Shown piece by piece: positions 44,726 through 53,934 of a DNA stretch of 64,000 nucleotides; within the stretch, counting starts at the first letter, position 1, and each line of letters begins with the position of its first letter. The DNA comes from a virus. The translations under genes and the position numbers were made by a program. Below the pieces are notes generated by a model. That model had not been told where the DNA came from, did no database searches, and saw nothing but the letters and a program-made list of their open reading frames with translations. The stretch lies in the IMG/VR virus record IMGVR_UViG_3300043178_000025; one strand, written 5' to 3'.

Positions 44726-44945
44726 CGGCTTCGAGATCGTCTGCGCTCTGGCCGGGCACAAGGTCTGGCTCGACCCGTTTCCACTGGATGAGAACGAGCA
44801 GGTACTCGTGGCGACGCTTGTTGATGTAGCGAGTCCACGTCAGATCGTATGTGAACGCTGCCAAGCCGTGCTGACGGTACGGGTCGTTCACCATCCCATG
44901 CGAGGACTGTTCATGGTCCTGAAGGAGAAAGAATGCACCGCGTAA
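44676..44945 (+). CDS. hypothetical protein
   Basis: 89-aa ORF. Confidence 0.5.
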   Translation: MSSKDPSSTPAATPGGNGFEIVCALAGHKVWLDPFPLDENEQVLVATLVDVASPRQIVCERCQAVLTVRVVHHPMRGLFMVLKEKECTA

Positions 44946-45721
44946 CGCCGAGAGTGTTCCTGATCGGAGAGACTCAGGTTCTCCATGACGGACTGGCTGC
45001 GTATCTCGACAGCATCGGGACGGTCTGGAAGCCGTTCAAGACGACGCCTCCGTCAATCCCGCCGTCGCACCCGGAGCAGATGATCGAGGTCATGGGGCGG
45101 CTCTGCTACAGGTCGTGGGAAGTGGGGATGAATCCCAACGTGACCAAGGTCCGCGAGGGGAACGACATCTACATCGCCAACATCGTGAAGTCCAAGCACG
45201 GGTCCGTTCTGGAGCACGCCGTCGCGAACTTCGTGATCGCCGACTGCTCCCGCGTGTTCACGCACGAACTCGTCCGGCACAGGGCGGGTACGGCGTTCTC
45301 TCAGGAGTCCCTGCGTTACGTCCGGCTGGAGGACCTCGGCCTGTGGCTGCCGCCCGAGGTCGAGAACGATCCGCACCTGCGGTCCCTGTTCGAGAGGACC
45401 TTCCGCGACATGGAGGAGCTTCAGATCGAGATGGCCGAGCACCTGAAGCTCGACTCGAAGCCGTTCGAGGAGAAGAAGATGTGGACCAGTACGATGCGTC
45501 GGCTGGCTCCCCACGGACTCGCCACGACCATCGGCTTCAGCGCGAACATGCGGGCGCTCAGGCACATTCTGGAGATGCGGACGGCGGGCAGCGCCGAGGT
45601 CGAAATCCGGATCATCGTGGACCAGATCGGGAAGATTGCCAAGGAGCGGTGGCCGAACGTCTTCGCCGACTTCACGCAGAACGAGAAGGGCGAGTGGGTG
45701 ACGGAACACTCGAAGGTATGA
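44933..45721 (+). CDS. thyX: FAD-dependent thymidylate synthase
   Basis: HGSVLEHA, SRVFTHELVRHR..SQESLRY signature. Confidence 0.95.
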   Translation: MHRVTPRVFLIGETQVLHDGLAAYLDSIGTVWKPFKTTPPSIPPSHPEQMIEVMGRLCYRSWEVGMNPNVTKVREGNDIYIANIVKSKHGSVLEHAVANFVIADCSRVFTHELVRHRAGTAFSQESLRYVRLEDLGLWLPPEVENDPHLRSLFERTFRDMEELQIEMAEHLKLDSKPFEEKKMWTSTMRRLAPHGLATTIGFSANMRALRHILEMRTAGSAEVEIRIIVDQIGKIAKERWPNVFADFTQNEKGEWVTEHSKV

Positions 45722-45942
45722 CTTACGATCCCGCAGTCGGCCTCGGACGTGACAAGCAGGGCCACCGATGGGCGGGCTGGCCCAGCGCGTACTGTCTGTA
45801 CTGCATGATCGAAGATCAGGACGAGATCGCGATGGCCGACGGTGCGGAACCGCCGTTCCCGACGAAGAATCCGCCCTGTCCGGCCACGCTGGAGCAGAAG
45901 GAGAAGGTGGATCGGAGGATGAATCCGGAGGCTTTCAAGTGA
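45718..45942 (+). CDS. hypothetical protein
   Basis: ATGA overlap; GWPSAYCLYC. Confidence 0.55.
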   Translation: MTYDPAVGLGRDKQGHRWAGWPSAYCLYCMIEDQDEIAMADGAEPPFPTKNPPCPATLEQKEKVDRRMNPEAFK

Positions 45943-45964
45943 AGAAGAAAGGGGCTGTGGACGG

Positions 45965-46405
45965 ATGATCGACTACGGCAAGGTGCCTGTGACGCAGGCG
46001 ATCCTCGACGCCGAGGCAACGTGGGCGGGTGAGGTGTCCGATCTCAGGGACCCGGAGCTTGCCCTGCGCGTGCAGACGATGATGTACTACGACAAGTACA
46101 TCGAGGGCGTGCGTGAAGCCGTTCGCAAGGCCGTCGGCAGGCGATTCGTGATGTACGGGGCCGTGTCCGACGTGAACTTCGCGCTCTGGCGGGACGGAGA
46201 GGCTCTTCGCCCCATGGGGCTGACGTTCAAGAAGGACCTCGCGAAGGCGGCGAAGAAGGGCGTGCCTCTGGAGGGGAAGAAGTTCGTGATCTTCCAGACC
46301 TACGTGGAGCTTCCGTGGATTGTCATGCGTGGTAAGATCGACGACGAGGAACTTGTCGTGGACGTGACGCAAGTGAGCTACCACACGCTCTCGGTGATCG
46401 GGTAG
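45965..46405 (+). CDS. hypothetical protein
   Basis: 146-aa ORF. Confidence 0.65.
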   Translation: MIDYGKVPVTQAILDAEATWAGEVSDLRDPELALRVQTMMYYDKYIEGVREAVRKAVGRRFVMYGAVSDVNFALWRDGEALRPMGLTFKKDLAKAAKKGVPLEGKKFVIFQTYVELPWIVMRGKIDDEELVVDVTQVSYHTLSVIG

Positions 46406-46408
46406 GAC

Positions 46409-46912
46409 GTGCATACTTCTCGCTTCGCCCGCTACATGTGGCACGGCGTCAGCGGTGCGGAATCGTGGAAGCGCATCTGCGAAGGCGAGGGCCTGCGCCT
46501 TCCCACGGTCCACGCTCATGACGTGGGTGACTACGGACGCGGCGTCTACTTCACGTCCAGCCTTGTTCGGGCCCGCATCTACAGCCGCCGTCTCGACGGG
46601 CACTACCCCATTGTCAGGGCCTACGTCCGGCTCAAGAACGCGATCATCCTCGACTGGAGCAAGGGACAGGCGATGCACCCGGAGTCCCCCGCCTTCCAGA
46701 CTGTCGAGGCGCTCAGGCGCGAGTACGGTGATCCCTTGCACGGCTCCGATGAGGCCCGCGCTCAGGCTGCCTCGCGCTGGCGTGGAGGGCTTCTCGCTCA
46801 CGGGATCGACGGGATCGTGGCCCTTCACTCTCAGGACATCGAAGCGGTCACGTACAAGCCGGAAGACGCGATCCGTAGCTACGCCTGCCTCTTGAAGAAG
46901 GCGAAGGGCTAG
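46409..46912 (+). CDS. putative ADP-ribosyltransferase-fold protein
   Basis: MWHG..DYGRGVYFTSS..ARIYS..RAYVRLKN..IDGIV..EAVTY. Confidence 0.6.
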   Translation: MHTSRFARYMWHGVSGAESWKRICEGEGLRLPTVHAHDVGDYGRGVYFTSSLVRARIYSRRLDGHYPIVRAYVRLKNAIILDWSKGQAMHPESPAFQTVEALRREYGDPLHGSDEARAQAASRWRGGLLAHGIDGIVALHSQDIEAVTYKPEDAIRSYACLLKKAKG

Positions 46913-47490
46913 ACCTGTAGCAGCTTCTCCGGATTCCGTGGCTTCGTGACGAGCGTTCGGAAGAGGAAGTCCCCGAGCGGGCACACCACGTTCAGGTTCG
47001 AGAAGTTGTGCTCGTGGTGGAGCAGGTGGTGGCGCTTCAGGAACTTGAAGACCCACGACCGTTGGAACCACGTATCGCTGGGGACGTGCATCCTCCAATG
47101 GATGCTGTTGAAGGCTTGCAGGTAGAAGAGGCACGACAGGACGCATCCGACGAGGATCGGCTTGCTCGTGAGAAGTTCGACGCCGACGTAGACGGGCAGG
47201 TTGAGCAGGGTCAGGAAAATGTAGTCGCGAGCCTCGAAGGTGATGTGCGAGCGCATGTTCTCGTCCTGCGCGTGGTACGTGTGGTCGGCCCCGAAGAGGC
47301 CGTGATGGGTCACGGCATGAAGCTCGTAGGGCAGCTTGAACCACCGAAGCCGCTTGTGCATGACCCAGCGGTGGAAGCTCCACTCGAAGATCGAGTGGTA
47401 CGGGACGACGGCGACGAGAGCCAGAAGATTCCAGAGGCACCACGACAGGGGGTGATCGAAATGGAAGCTGGGCATGTCGTAGGGTATCAT
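46909..47490 (-). CDS. fatty acid hydroxylase / sterol desaturase family membrane protein
   Basis: His boxes EWSFHRWVMH, HAVTHH, HWRMH, HHLLHH; alternative start 47475. Confidence 0.85.
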   Translation of the reverse strand: MIPYDMPSFHFDHPLSWCLWNLLALVAVVPYHSIFEWSFHRWVMHKRLRWFKLPYELHAVTHHGLFGADHTYHAQDENMRSHITFEARDYIFLTLLNLPVYVGVELLTSKPILVGCVLSCLFYLQAFNSIHWRMHVPSDTWFQRSWVFKFLKRHHLLHHEHNFSNLNVVCPLGDFLFRTLVTKPRNPEKLLQV

Positions 47491-47523
47491 GCTCTGTGGC
47501 TGACGCGCAAGAAGGGGGTCGCC

Positions 47524-47787
47524 ATGGAGAACCTCGACGCGAAGATGAGCGACGTAATGGGCCCCGTCGCGGACGCGCTCAAGACCGAGGGGCTGGCCCG
47601 CTGCATCTACCCGTACTGGGAGAAGCCCGGCGTCGCCCGCTGCGACCTCTACATCGGCAGTCTCGACCAGACCACGTTGGAGAGGTTCATCAACGTCTGC
47701 AAGACCACGGGGTCGAAGCTGGAGATCAGCGTGGACACGGTCCGGGTTCAACTCCGTGTCTCTCTGACGAGGTCCGCGTGCCTATAG
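47524..47787 (+). CDS. hypothetical protein
   Basis: GGGG/AAGG RBS, 87 aa. Confidence 0.6.
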   Translation: MENLDAKMSDVMGPVADALKTEGLARCIYPYWEKPGVARCDLYIGSLDQTTLERFINVCKTTGSKLEISVDTVRVQLRVSLTRSACL

Positions 47788-48224
47788 ATCGTGAGAAGGC
47801 GGGGAAGGCACTCGACGAACTGGTGAAGAGGGGGATGCCTCGCGAAGAGGCGGTCTCCCACGCCAACGGCGTCGAAAGGGACCTTTCCTTCGCCCTTTTT
47901 TGCGTCCAGACCCTAGGTCCCGTGGTCGGAAACAGGTACGTTTCGGAGCAGTTCGTCGAGTATCTGGAGTACGGGGCGAAGATCGAGTTCGACAAGGTCA
48001 GCGTGCCCGAAGTGCTGCTCACGGAACTTCTGACGAGGCAGGAGTGGCATAAGCCGGACCATGTCGCCAGCATGGAGACGTTCTTCCGGGCCGAAGCTGC
48101 CGAGCCGTGGCATCCGTCGCTCCGGGACAAGTACCAGCCCGTGTCGGACGCGGCGGCGTGGTTCAACGACAGGCCGTACAGCTTCAAGCTGGCGGTACGC
48201 ATCCTAACGAGTGTGTATAAGTAG
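47778..48224 (+). CDS. hypothetical protein
   Basis: 148-aa ORF with typical codon usage. Confidence 0.6.
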   Translation: MPIDREKAGKALDELVKRGMPREEAVSHANGVERDLSFALFCVQTLGPVVGNRYVSEQFVEYLEYGAKIEFDKVSVPEVLLTELLTRQEWHKPDHVASMETFFRAEAAEPWHPSLRDKYQPVSDAAAWFNDRPYSFKLAVRILTSVYK

Positions 48225-48704
48225 ATGCCATACGGTATTCCAGAAACGCGAAGTCTGAAAGGAACCAGAATCGGAAATCTGGTTGCCGTGCGAGTCCTTC
48301 GCGAAGGAAGAAGAGGCGGGAAGCTCTGGCTGGTACGATGCGATTGTGGGCGAACAGTTCGTGTCGCCAGCGGGAGATTCTTGAGTCGCAACGCAAAATC
48401 TTGTGGGTGTAAGAAGTACCGCGTGAAGCATGGGAAGCGGAAAAGCAAGACGTATCGGGCATGGGTCAATATGAAAGCGAGATGCTTTAACCCGCGCCTG
48501 CCTGTGTATCGCTATTACGGAGCGCGGGGCATTACGGTCTGCAAGCGATGGGTGAAGTTCGAGAACTTCCTCAAGGACATGGGCGAGGTTCCGCACGGCC
48601 TGACTCTGGACCGTAAGGATAACGATGGCAACTACACTCCGGACAACTGTCGATGGGCAACCTGTACTCAGCAGCAGAACAATCGTAGACGTGTAGCTTT
48701 ATGA
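48225..48704 (+). CDS. HNH homing-type endonuclease
   Basis: WLVRCDCG, YGARGITVCKRW..FENFLKDMGE..LTLDRKDNDGNYTPDNCRWA. Confidence 0.88.
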   Translation: MPYGIPETRSLKGTRIGNLVAVRVLREGRRGGKLWLVRCDCGRTVRVASGRFLSRNAKSCGCKKYRVKHGKRKSKTYRAWVNMKARCFNPRLPVYRYYGARGITVCKRWVKFENFLKDMGEVPHGLTLDRKDNDGNYTPDNCRWATCTQQQNNRRRVAL

Positions 48705-49165
48705 CCCGCCCAAACCTTTATGTGGACCTCGACAGCACGCTCATCCATCCCGTGGGCGAGGAGGGAGACCTCGTCTACGTGAAGGTCCGGCCCGGGATCG
48801 AGTGGTTCTTCCGGCATCTGGCCCAGATCGGGAAGGTGAACATACTGACACACGGCGTTCGTGAGCACGCACAGAGGGCTCTGCATCTTCTTCCGATGCA
48901 GTACATCAACCTTGTGGTGGCCCGCGAGGACATGCAGCCCATCGCGAACGCTTTGGAGTACGGGCAGAAGCCCAGACCGATCTTGCCGCCCGGCCCCATC
49001 TTCGACGACTACCCGTGGGGATCGTGGCTGGCGAAGCTCAAGAGCGCAACCGTGGGTATCAAGGAGCCGCGCTTCTGGATTCAGGTCGAGCGGTTCGACT
49101 TCGACAGTCCGGACCGGGGCGGGCTCAAGAAGGCGTTCGGTGAGTTCGTCCGGAGGTTCGCGTAG
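48701..49165 (+). CDS. HAD-superfamily (FCP1/NIF-like) phosphatase
   Basis: LYVDLDSTLIH..VKVRPGI..IFDD. Confidence 0.8.
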   Translation: MTRPNLYVDLDSTLIHPVGEEGDLVYVKVRPGIEWFFRHLAQIGKVNILTHGVREHAQRALHLLPMQYINLVVAREDMQPIANALEYGQKPRPILPPGPIFDDYPWGSWLAKLKSATVGIKEPRFWIQVERFDFDSPDRGGLKKAFGEFVRRFA

Positions 49166-49386
49166 TGGCCGACCCCAAGGCGCTGTTCGGTCGAGTTCCA
49201 CAAGGTCCGTTCGTCGAGGAGATCGGGGACCTCAAGGTCGGGATCGTCATGGACCACAACGGCTCGAAGATCGTGGTCACGCATCTACAGAGATGCGATG
49301 ATGGGAACCTCATCGCGTACTACGACTACGCTGGCGGGGCGCAGGGCTGCACGTACCTTCATCCGAACGGGAGGTTCAGGCTATGA
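49165..49386 (+). CDS. hypothetical protein
   Basis: 73-aa ORF. Confidence 0.55.
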   Translation: MADPKALFGRVPQGPFVEEIGDLKVGIVMDHNGSKIVVTHLQRCDDGNLIAYYDYAGGAQGCTYLHPNGRFRL

Positions 49387-49769
49387 GCGACTTCATCACG
49401 GTGGCGAGCGACTACGTCTACGATGCCGTGGTCCTGAACGTCGTGGACGGCGACACCATCGACGTTGACGTGGACCTCGGCTTTCACGTTCACCAGAACA
49501 TGCGGCTTCGCCTGTCCGGGATCGACACGCCGGAACTCAACTCCCCGGACCCGGAGAAGCGTGCTGCCGCGCTCAAGGCCAAGGAGTACCTGACGACGCT
49601 CGTGGCGGGGAAGAAGGTCGTCATCGAGACGTTCCGGGACAAGACGGAGAAGTTCGGCAGGTTTCTCGCGAAGGTCACGGTGTTCACGTCTCAGGGCTCC
49701 GCGCTCAACGTGAACGACCACATGATTCAGGTGGGCTACGCAAAGCCCTACGACGGAGGGAAGCGATGA
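49383..49769 (+). CDS. staphylococcal-nuclease-like (thermonuclease) protein
   Basis: VVDGDTIDV..RLSGIDTPE..KFGRFLA..GYAKPYDG. Confidence 0.92.
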   Translation: MSDFITVASDYVYDAVVLNVVDGDTIDVDVDLGFHVHQNMRLRLSGIDTPELNSPDPEKRAAALKAKEYLTTLVAGKKVVIETFRDKTEKFGRFLAKVTVFTSQGSALNVNDHMIQVGYAKPYDGGKR

Positions 49770-50017
49770 AGGCTGCTGGCTGGACCTGCGTCGCCTTCGG
49801 CGTCATGGCTCTCATCGGCTGCATCGCGAAAGCCTTTGAGAAGGACTGGATGGTCTCTGGTATCAGGGAGATCGCTGGCATCCTCTGGTTCATGCTTGGC
49901 GTGATGTTCTTCAAGTGGGACGAGGGAAGGAAAAGCACAAAGGAGTTCGAGGCCCGAATCACGAAACGGGAACAGTCGTTGAGGGAACTTGAGGAAGATG
50001 ACGATGCCCGAATCTGA
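49766..50017 (+). CDS. small two-helix membrane protein
   Basis: Two hydrophobic segments then coiled coil. Confidence 0.6.
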   Translation: MKAAGWTCVAFGVMALIGCIAKAFEKDWMVSGIREIAGILWFMLGVMFFKWDEGRKSTKEFEARITKREQSLRELEEDDDARI

Positions 50018-50198
50018 GTGCTGCAAGACGGCGGCGAAGGAAGCGACCAAGGCCGAGCGCAGGCGTGTGCGTGAAATCCTCGCGACCCTTCCGGAAGCCG
50101 TCCGGAATGTCGCGTCCGAGGCCATATTTGGCCCACAAGCCCCACCCCCGGGCGCGTCGAAACCGAAGTGGGTTGACCTTTCCGTGGAGAACCGATGA
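50004..50198 (+). CDS. hypothetical protein
   Basis: GAGG RBS. Confidence 0.5.
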   Translation: MPESECCKTAAKEATKAERRRVREILATLPEAVRNVASEAIFGPQAPPPGASKPKWVDLSVENR

Positions 50199-50491
50199 TC
50201 TACAAGAAGCAGGTCGAGGAGATCGTCCGGGCGTACTCGGCGAAGCTGGCCCTCAAGCCGAAGAAGGAGTGGAACGCCGAGGAGCTTGCCAAGCTCATGC
50301 AGCAATTCGCGAACGACGTGGCCGTCGTCGTCCGGGATGCGACGCTCCGGTTCTACGAGGCCAAGGCGAAGAACGAGCCGCCGCCGCCCGAGATCGCGGC
50401 GCTTCCCATCTTCATCAACCTGCCGCCGTACATCCCGCCCGCGCCGACGGGGATGCCCCCGTCTCCCCGGGCCGTGATCGGGAGTCCCTGA
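50195..50491 (+). CDS. hypothetical protein
   Basis: ATGA overlap; Pro-rich tail. Confidence 0.6.
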   Translation: MIYKKQVEEIVRAYSAKLALKPKKEWNAEELAKLMQQFANDVAVVVRDATLRFYEAKAKNEPPPPEIAALPIFINLPPYIPPAPTGMPPSPRAVIGSP

Positions 50492-50715
50492 TGGATCGCG
50501 TCGAAATCTACGCGGAACTGTCCAAGCGCATCCGTTACATGCGCCTCTCCGACGAGCACGCCATCTTCGCCGCCTACGAATTGGCGCTCTACGAGAAGCT
50601 CTCGGCCTTGACGGACGCGGTCTACGGTGAGATGCTGACGCTGGACGAGGCGAAGCACAGGCTCGATGCCTACATCCGCAGCCTTCATCCAAAGGAAGGG
50701 ACGATCAGGATTTGA
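50491..50715 (+). CDS. hypothetical protein
   Basis: TGATG coupling. Confidence 0.55.
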   Translation: MDRVEIYAELSKRIRYMRLSDEHAIFAAYELALYEKLSALTDAVYGEMLTLDEAKHRLDAYIRSLHPKEGTIRI

Positions 50716-50717
50716 GC

Positions 50718-51320
50718 ATGAAAGACGAGAAGGACTTCACGATCCCGAGCCGCGAAGAGCACACGCGGTTCATCCGGAAAATCTGGAAGGGCTGCCTTCT
50801 CGCCGCACTCTTCTGCTTCCTCTCCATGGCGACGGTCGTCGTCATCATGGCCTTCATGGGCTACGACCCCCAGAAGATCGTCTCCGTCATGCTCATCGCC
50901 GTCTACATCGTCGTGCCCGTGTACGGCGTCGGCTACATCGGCCCCGCGTTCGCCACGTCCCTCATCAAGATGGCTCTCGCCGTGGACATGTCGCGACAGG
51001 GACTCGTCATCGGAAAGGACACCGCCGACATCCTGACGAACCTCAAGAAGGACGTGGAGCCCCTCGTCGAGGACGCGAAGAAGATGATGAGCGACCTCAA
51101 GCCCATGATCGAGGAGTTCCGCAAGCAGGACCTCGGGAAGGTCCACAAGGTCCTCGAACGGTTCGAGGGGGAGATGAACGGCGGGGGCAAGCTCGACCGA
51201 CTCGTCACCGCTCTGGAGAAGATCGCGAAGCGCACCGACCAGAAGGCTGACGACGCCCTCGGAGACCTCCTCGAAGAGGCTTGGAGGGACCCCAAGAAGG
51301 ACAATCCCGAAGGGACCTAA
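50718..51320 (+). CDS. membrane protein with coiled-coil C-terminus
   Basis: Two to three hydrophobic helices followed by heptad repeats. Confidence 0.7.
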   Translation: MKDEKDFTIPSREEHTRFIRKIWKGCLLAALFCFLSMATVVVIMAFMGYDPQKIVSVMLIAVYIVVPVYGVGYIGPAFATSLIKMALAVDMSRQGLVIGKDTADILTNLKKDVEPLVEDAKKMMSDLKPMIEEFRKQDLGKVHKVLERFEGEMNGGGKLDRLVTALEKIAKRTDQKADDALGDLLEEAWRDPKKDNPEGT

Positions 51321-51593
51321 GTGGTCCTTTACAGTAGGCCCTTCGTTGGGTATCCTTCAACCGTGACCCCAGAGGTCGTCGAGACTCACGCGACGTTCAG
51401 CCAGAACGCTCACGACACGGGGATCATCTTCAAGGTCGGCCTCTTCGTCAGCCCGGAGGACCACGTCGCGGGCGTGAAACTCGACGGGGGAAAAAGGACA
51501 TGGACGGTTCCTCTCCAGACCGTGCTGGACGCGCTGAAGGCAGCGGGGTACAAGGTCACGGCTCCAAGCGGTACGTCGAAGGTCTCCCGGTAA
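51321..51593 (+). CDS. hypothetical protein
   Basis: 90-aa ORF. Confidence 0.55.
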   Translation: MVLYSRPFVGYPSTVTPEVVETHATFSQNAHDTGIIFKVGLFVSPEDHVAGVKLDGGKRTWTVPLQTVLDALKAAGYKVTAPSGTSKVSR

Positions 51594-51955
51594 CGACCTA
51601 CGTCAAGAGGAAGCAGTCGAGCTTCTTGTACACGCCCACGTCGGACTACCATCCGACGGCACTCCTCGTCATCTGCTCCTGCAAGGGCTGTCGCGTCATC
51701 GGAACCGTGGACTTCCCCAACGGCTTCGACTTCTCGAAGGGCGATGGGCTCATGGCGGGCAAGAAGATCAAGGGGACCTGCGACAAGTGCAGGGTGGAGT
51801 ACCCGACGCACCGCGTTTACGACGCAGCGGGCAGGCTCGTGAAGTCCGAAGCCTGTGAGGGCCCCGAGGTCGAGTTCATCCCCTACGGAAAGTCGTCGGA
51901 GTGGATGATTCAGAGGCAGCGGGAGGTCATCAAGAACATGCTGGGGATCGCATGA
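51500..51955 (+). CDS. hypothetical zinc-binding protein; true start probably near 51590
   Basis: CSCKGC..CDKC; ATGA overlap at end. Confidence 0.5.
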   Translation: MDGSSPDRAGRAEGSGVQGHGSKRYVEGLPVTTYVKRKQSSFLYTPTSDYHPTALLVICSCKGCRVIGTVDFPNGFDFSKGDGLMAGKKIKGTCDKCRVEYPTHRVYDAAGRLVKSEACEGPEVEFIPYGKSSEWMIQRQREVIKNMLGIA

Positions 51956-52221
51956 CGAACAGCGCGGGTCTCACGCCGACGCCGATCCAGCCACCTCCCT
52001 CGATCCGTCCGATCAAGACGCTCGACTCGAAGGACTTCGGCAAGGGCGCTGAACTGAAGGAGCGCCTCATGGCGATCCTTCGCGACGTGCCCGCGCTCCA
52101 CGAGCGGCTCAAGAAGGCCATCGAGAGCGTCGAGAAGGCCAACGAGGAGCTTCGGGCCGCGACCGACAAGGCGACGGCCATCGTGAACGAGTGGGAGAAG
52201 ATCAACAAGGAGAAAGCATGA
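51952..52221 (+). CDS. coiled-coil hypothetical protein
   Basis: ATGA overlaps. Confidence 0.65.
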   Translation: MTNSAGLTPTPIQPPPSIRPIKTLDSKDFGKGAELKERLMAILRDVPALHERLKKAIESVEKANEELRAATDKATAIVNEWEKINKEKA

Positions 52222-52640
52222 CCGTGCCGATCCTGAATCCGAACGAAGGGGTGAGCGAAGAGGAGAGCGTCGCGACCATGGACGCCGTGATCGTCCCGCT
52301 CGTGAACTTCCACGCCCGCGTCATGGACTACTGCGTGGGCGCGGCTCAGGCCATCGTCAAGGAGAAGCTCGTCGAGCAGTCGGCCATCGTTCAGGGCCCG
52401 GACCCGGGTCCCGCCGCAGGGGAGCACCCCATGACGGGCGTGATGGCGACGGCGATGTACAACCAGATCATCGAGGACCTGCGCCGGGCCAAGGACAGGA
52501 TGCCCGTGGCCGCTCCGGGCCATGCCGAGGACGAGACGGAGCCGGACCCGTTCAACCCGAAGCCCGTCCGGACCACGGTCGCGGCTGGCATCGACAACCC
52601 GGGAGGCGAACAGCCCGATGTCTCCGAAGACCATCCGTAG
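52218..52640 (+). CDS. hypothetical acidic protein
   Basis: AGGAG RBS. Confidence 0.65.
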   Translation: MTVPILNPNEGVSEEESVATMDAVIVPLVNFHARVMDYCVGAAQAIVKEKLVEQSAIVQGPDPGPAAGEHPMTGVMATAMYNQIIEDLRRAKDRMPVAAPGHAEDETEPDPFNPKPVRTTVAAGIDNPGGEQPDVSEDHP

Positions 52641-53127
52641 GTCCAGCTTCAACCCCTGAGCACCCGGCGTCCTCATCAACCGTGGCCGTGCGCCACGGAC
52701 GATCCGACTGAAGCCGCAGGCGGCTCTGGCTCGCATCAGGAAGGCCGCACACGAGGTCTACGACTTCCTGCGGGCTTCCGGGGCTCCTGTGCCCGCCCGG
52801 GCGCGTCTTTTCATCGACTGCGAGGTCGTTCGCAAGCATCGGGCGGGTGGCGACTTGCGTGCGTTCTTCCACGTCGGCCACCGCTCGGCGTGGACGATCT
52901 GCGCCGCTCACGAAGCCGGATACCTGCCGGACAATCATCTCTATGGTCTTGTCCTGCATGAGTTTGGGCATCCTCTCGCCTACAAGTTCTGGGGGCGCTC
53001 CAGACAGCAGGACGCGGACCGCGCCATCTTCGAGACCACGGAGGTCCCGATCCTCTACAAGAGCGGGCTCATCCTCCAATGGATCACCTCGGGCGACGTG
53101 CAGGCGATCAAAAGCTGCCGCGTGTAA
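52618..53127 (+). CDS. HExxH zinc-metallopeptidase-like protein; frame extends to ATG 52618 across an in-frame TGA (52657-52659), otherwise starts at GTG 52789
   Basis: GLVLHEFGHPL motif. Confidence 0.55.
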
Positions 53128-53155
53128 CGACGCAAGTCGCCGGAACAACCAAACT

Positions 53156-53204
53156 TGGTCCCTTACTTTGGTCCTTTACTCAAGGGACCATAACAAAGGG
53201 ACCA
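53156..53204. repeat. nested inverted repeats of TGGTCCYTT
   Basis: TGGTCCCTT 53156, TGGTCCTTT 53169, AAGGGACCA 53182 and 53196. Confidence 0.8.
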
Positions 53205-53274
53205 TCATGAGAAAATCCCGCAGCCCCCGGCCCGCACGACGTTTTTGAAACTCTCGGCTCGCGCAAAGTGGGGA

Positions 53275-53559
53275 GATTTCTAGGCGCACCCCCGAGACTG
53301 TACCTGCCGTCGCAGCGATCTGCTGGGCGAATTCTGCCGACACCTCTACCTGTAGAGACGCGGGCGTCGCAAGAGCTTACACGAATTCTGCCGACACCCC
53401 CATCTATAGAGTCGGACCGTCACGAAAAGATGACGCGAATTCTGCCGACACCTCTCAAGACGTTCCAGCGTTACACCGCGAGTTCGACAGAATTCTGCCG
53501 ACACCCCACCCTGTACTCGCAACAGACGGGCCATGCGAACCACGAATTCCGGCTGGAAA
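53275..53559 (+). repeat. 54-bp-period array with 16-bp core GAATTCTGCCGACACC
   Basis: Exact cores at 53329, 53383, 53437, 53490; degenerate in-phase copies at 53275 and 53544. Confidence 0.9.
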
Positions 53560-53934
53560 CGAAAGAACCCCGGCTATGGGGGCCGAGGTTCTCATCGTAA
53601 CACCACGGGTAGTCGAGCTATCCGTGGGAGGAATTTGGTAGCGGGACTACGAGTTGCACGTAGCTTACCAGTTTATGAGGCTGGTGAGGCGACTGCGCCT
53701 ACCCTCCCGCAGTATGGTCCCCTCACTCGGAGTCGCACCGAGCCCGGCGCGTTAGGACCGCGCCATGCGTCTGCTACACCATGAGGGAACGGCTGGGTCC
53801 CACTCTACTTGCCCCCGAGGACCCTTCGGTGTTACTTCGAGGCCACCCTACCTTCCGCCCGGCCCGCCGTCAAGATTTTGGTCGCACCCCCAAGCTACTA
53901 CGTTAGACACTTGAACAGGTGACACGGGTGACAC

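Noticed and set aside
53275-53559. Classical CRISPR array
   Set aside because: The 16-bp core is shorter than CRISPR repeats, the linkers are partly homologous to each other, and no cas1/cas2/cas6 is present; kept as an unexplained repeat array.
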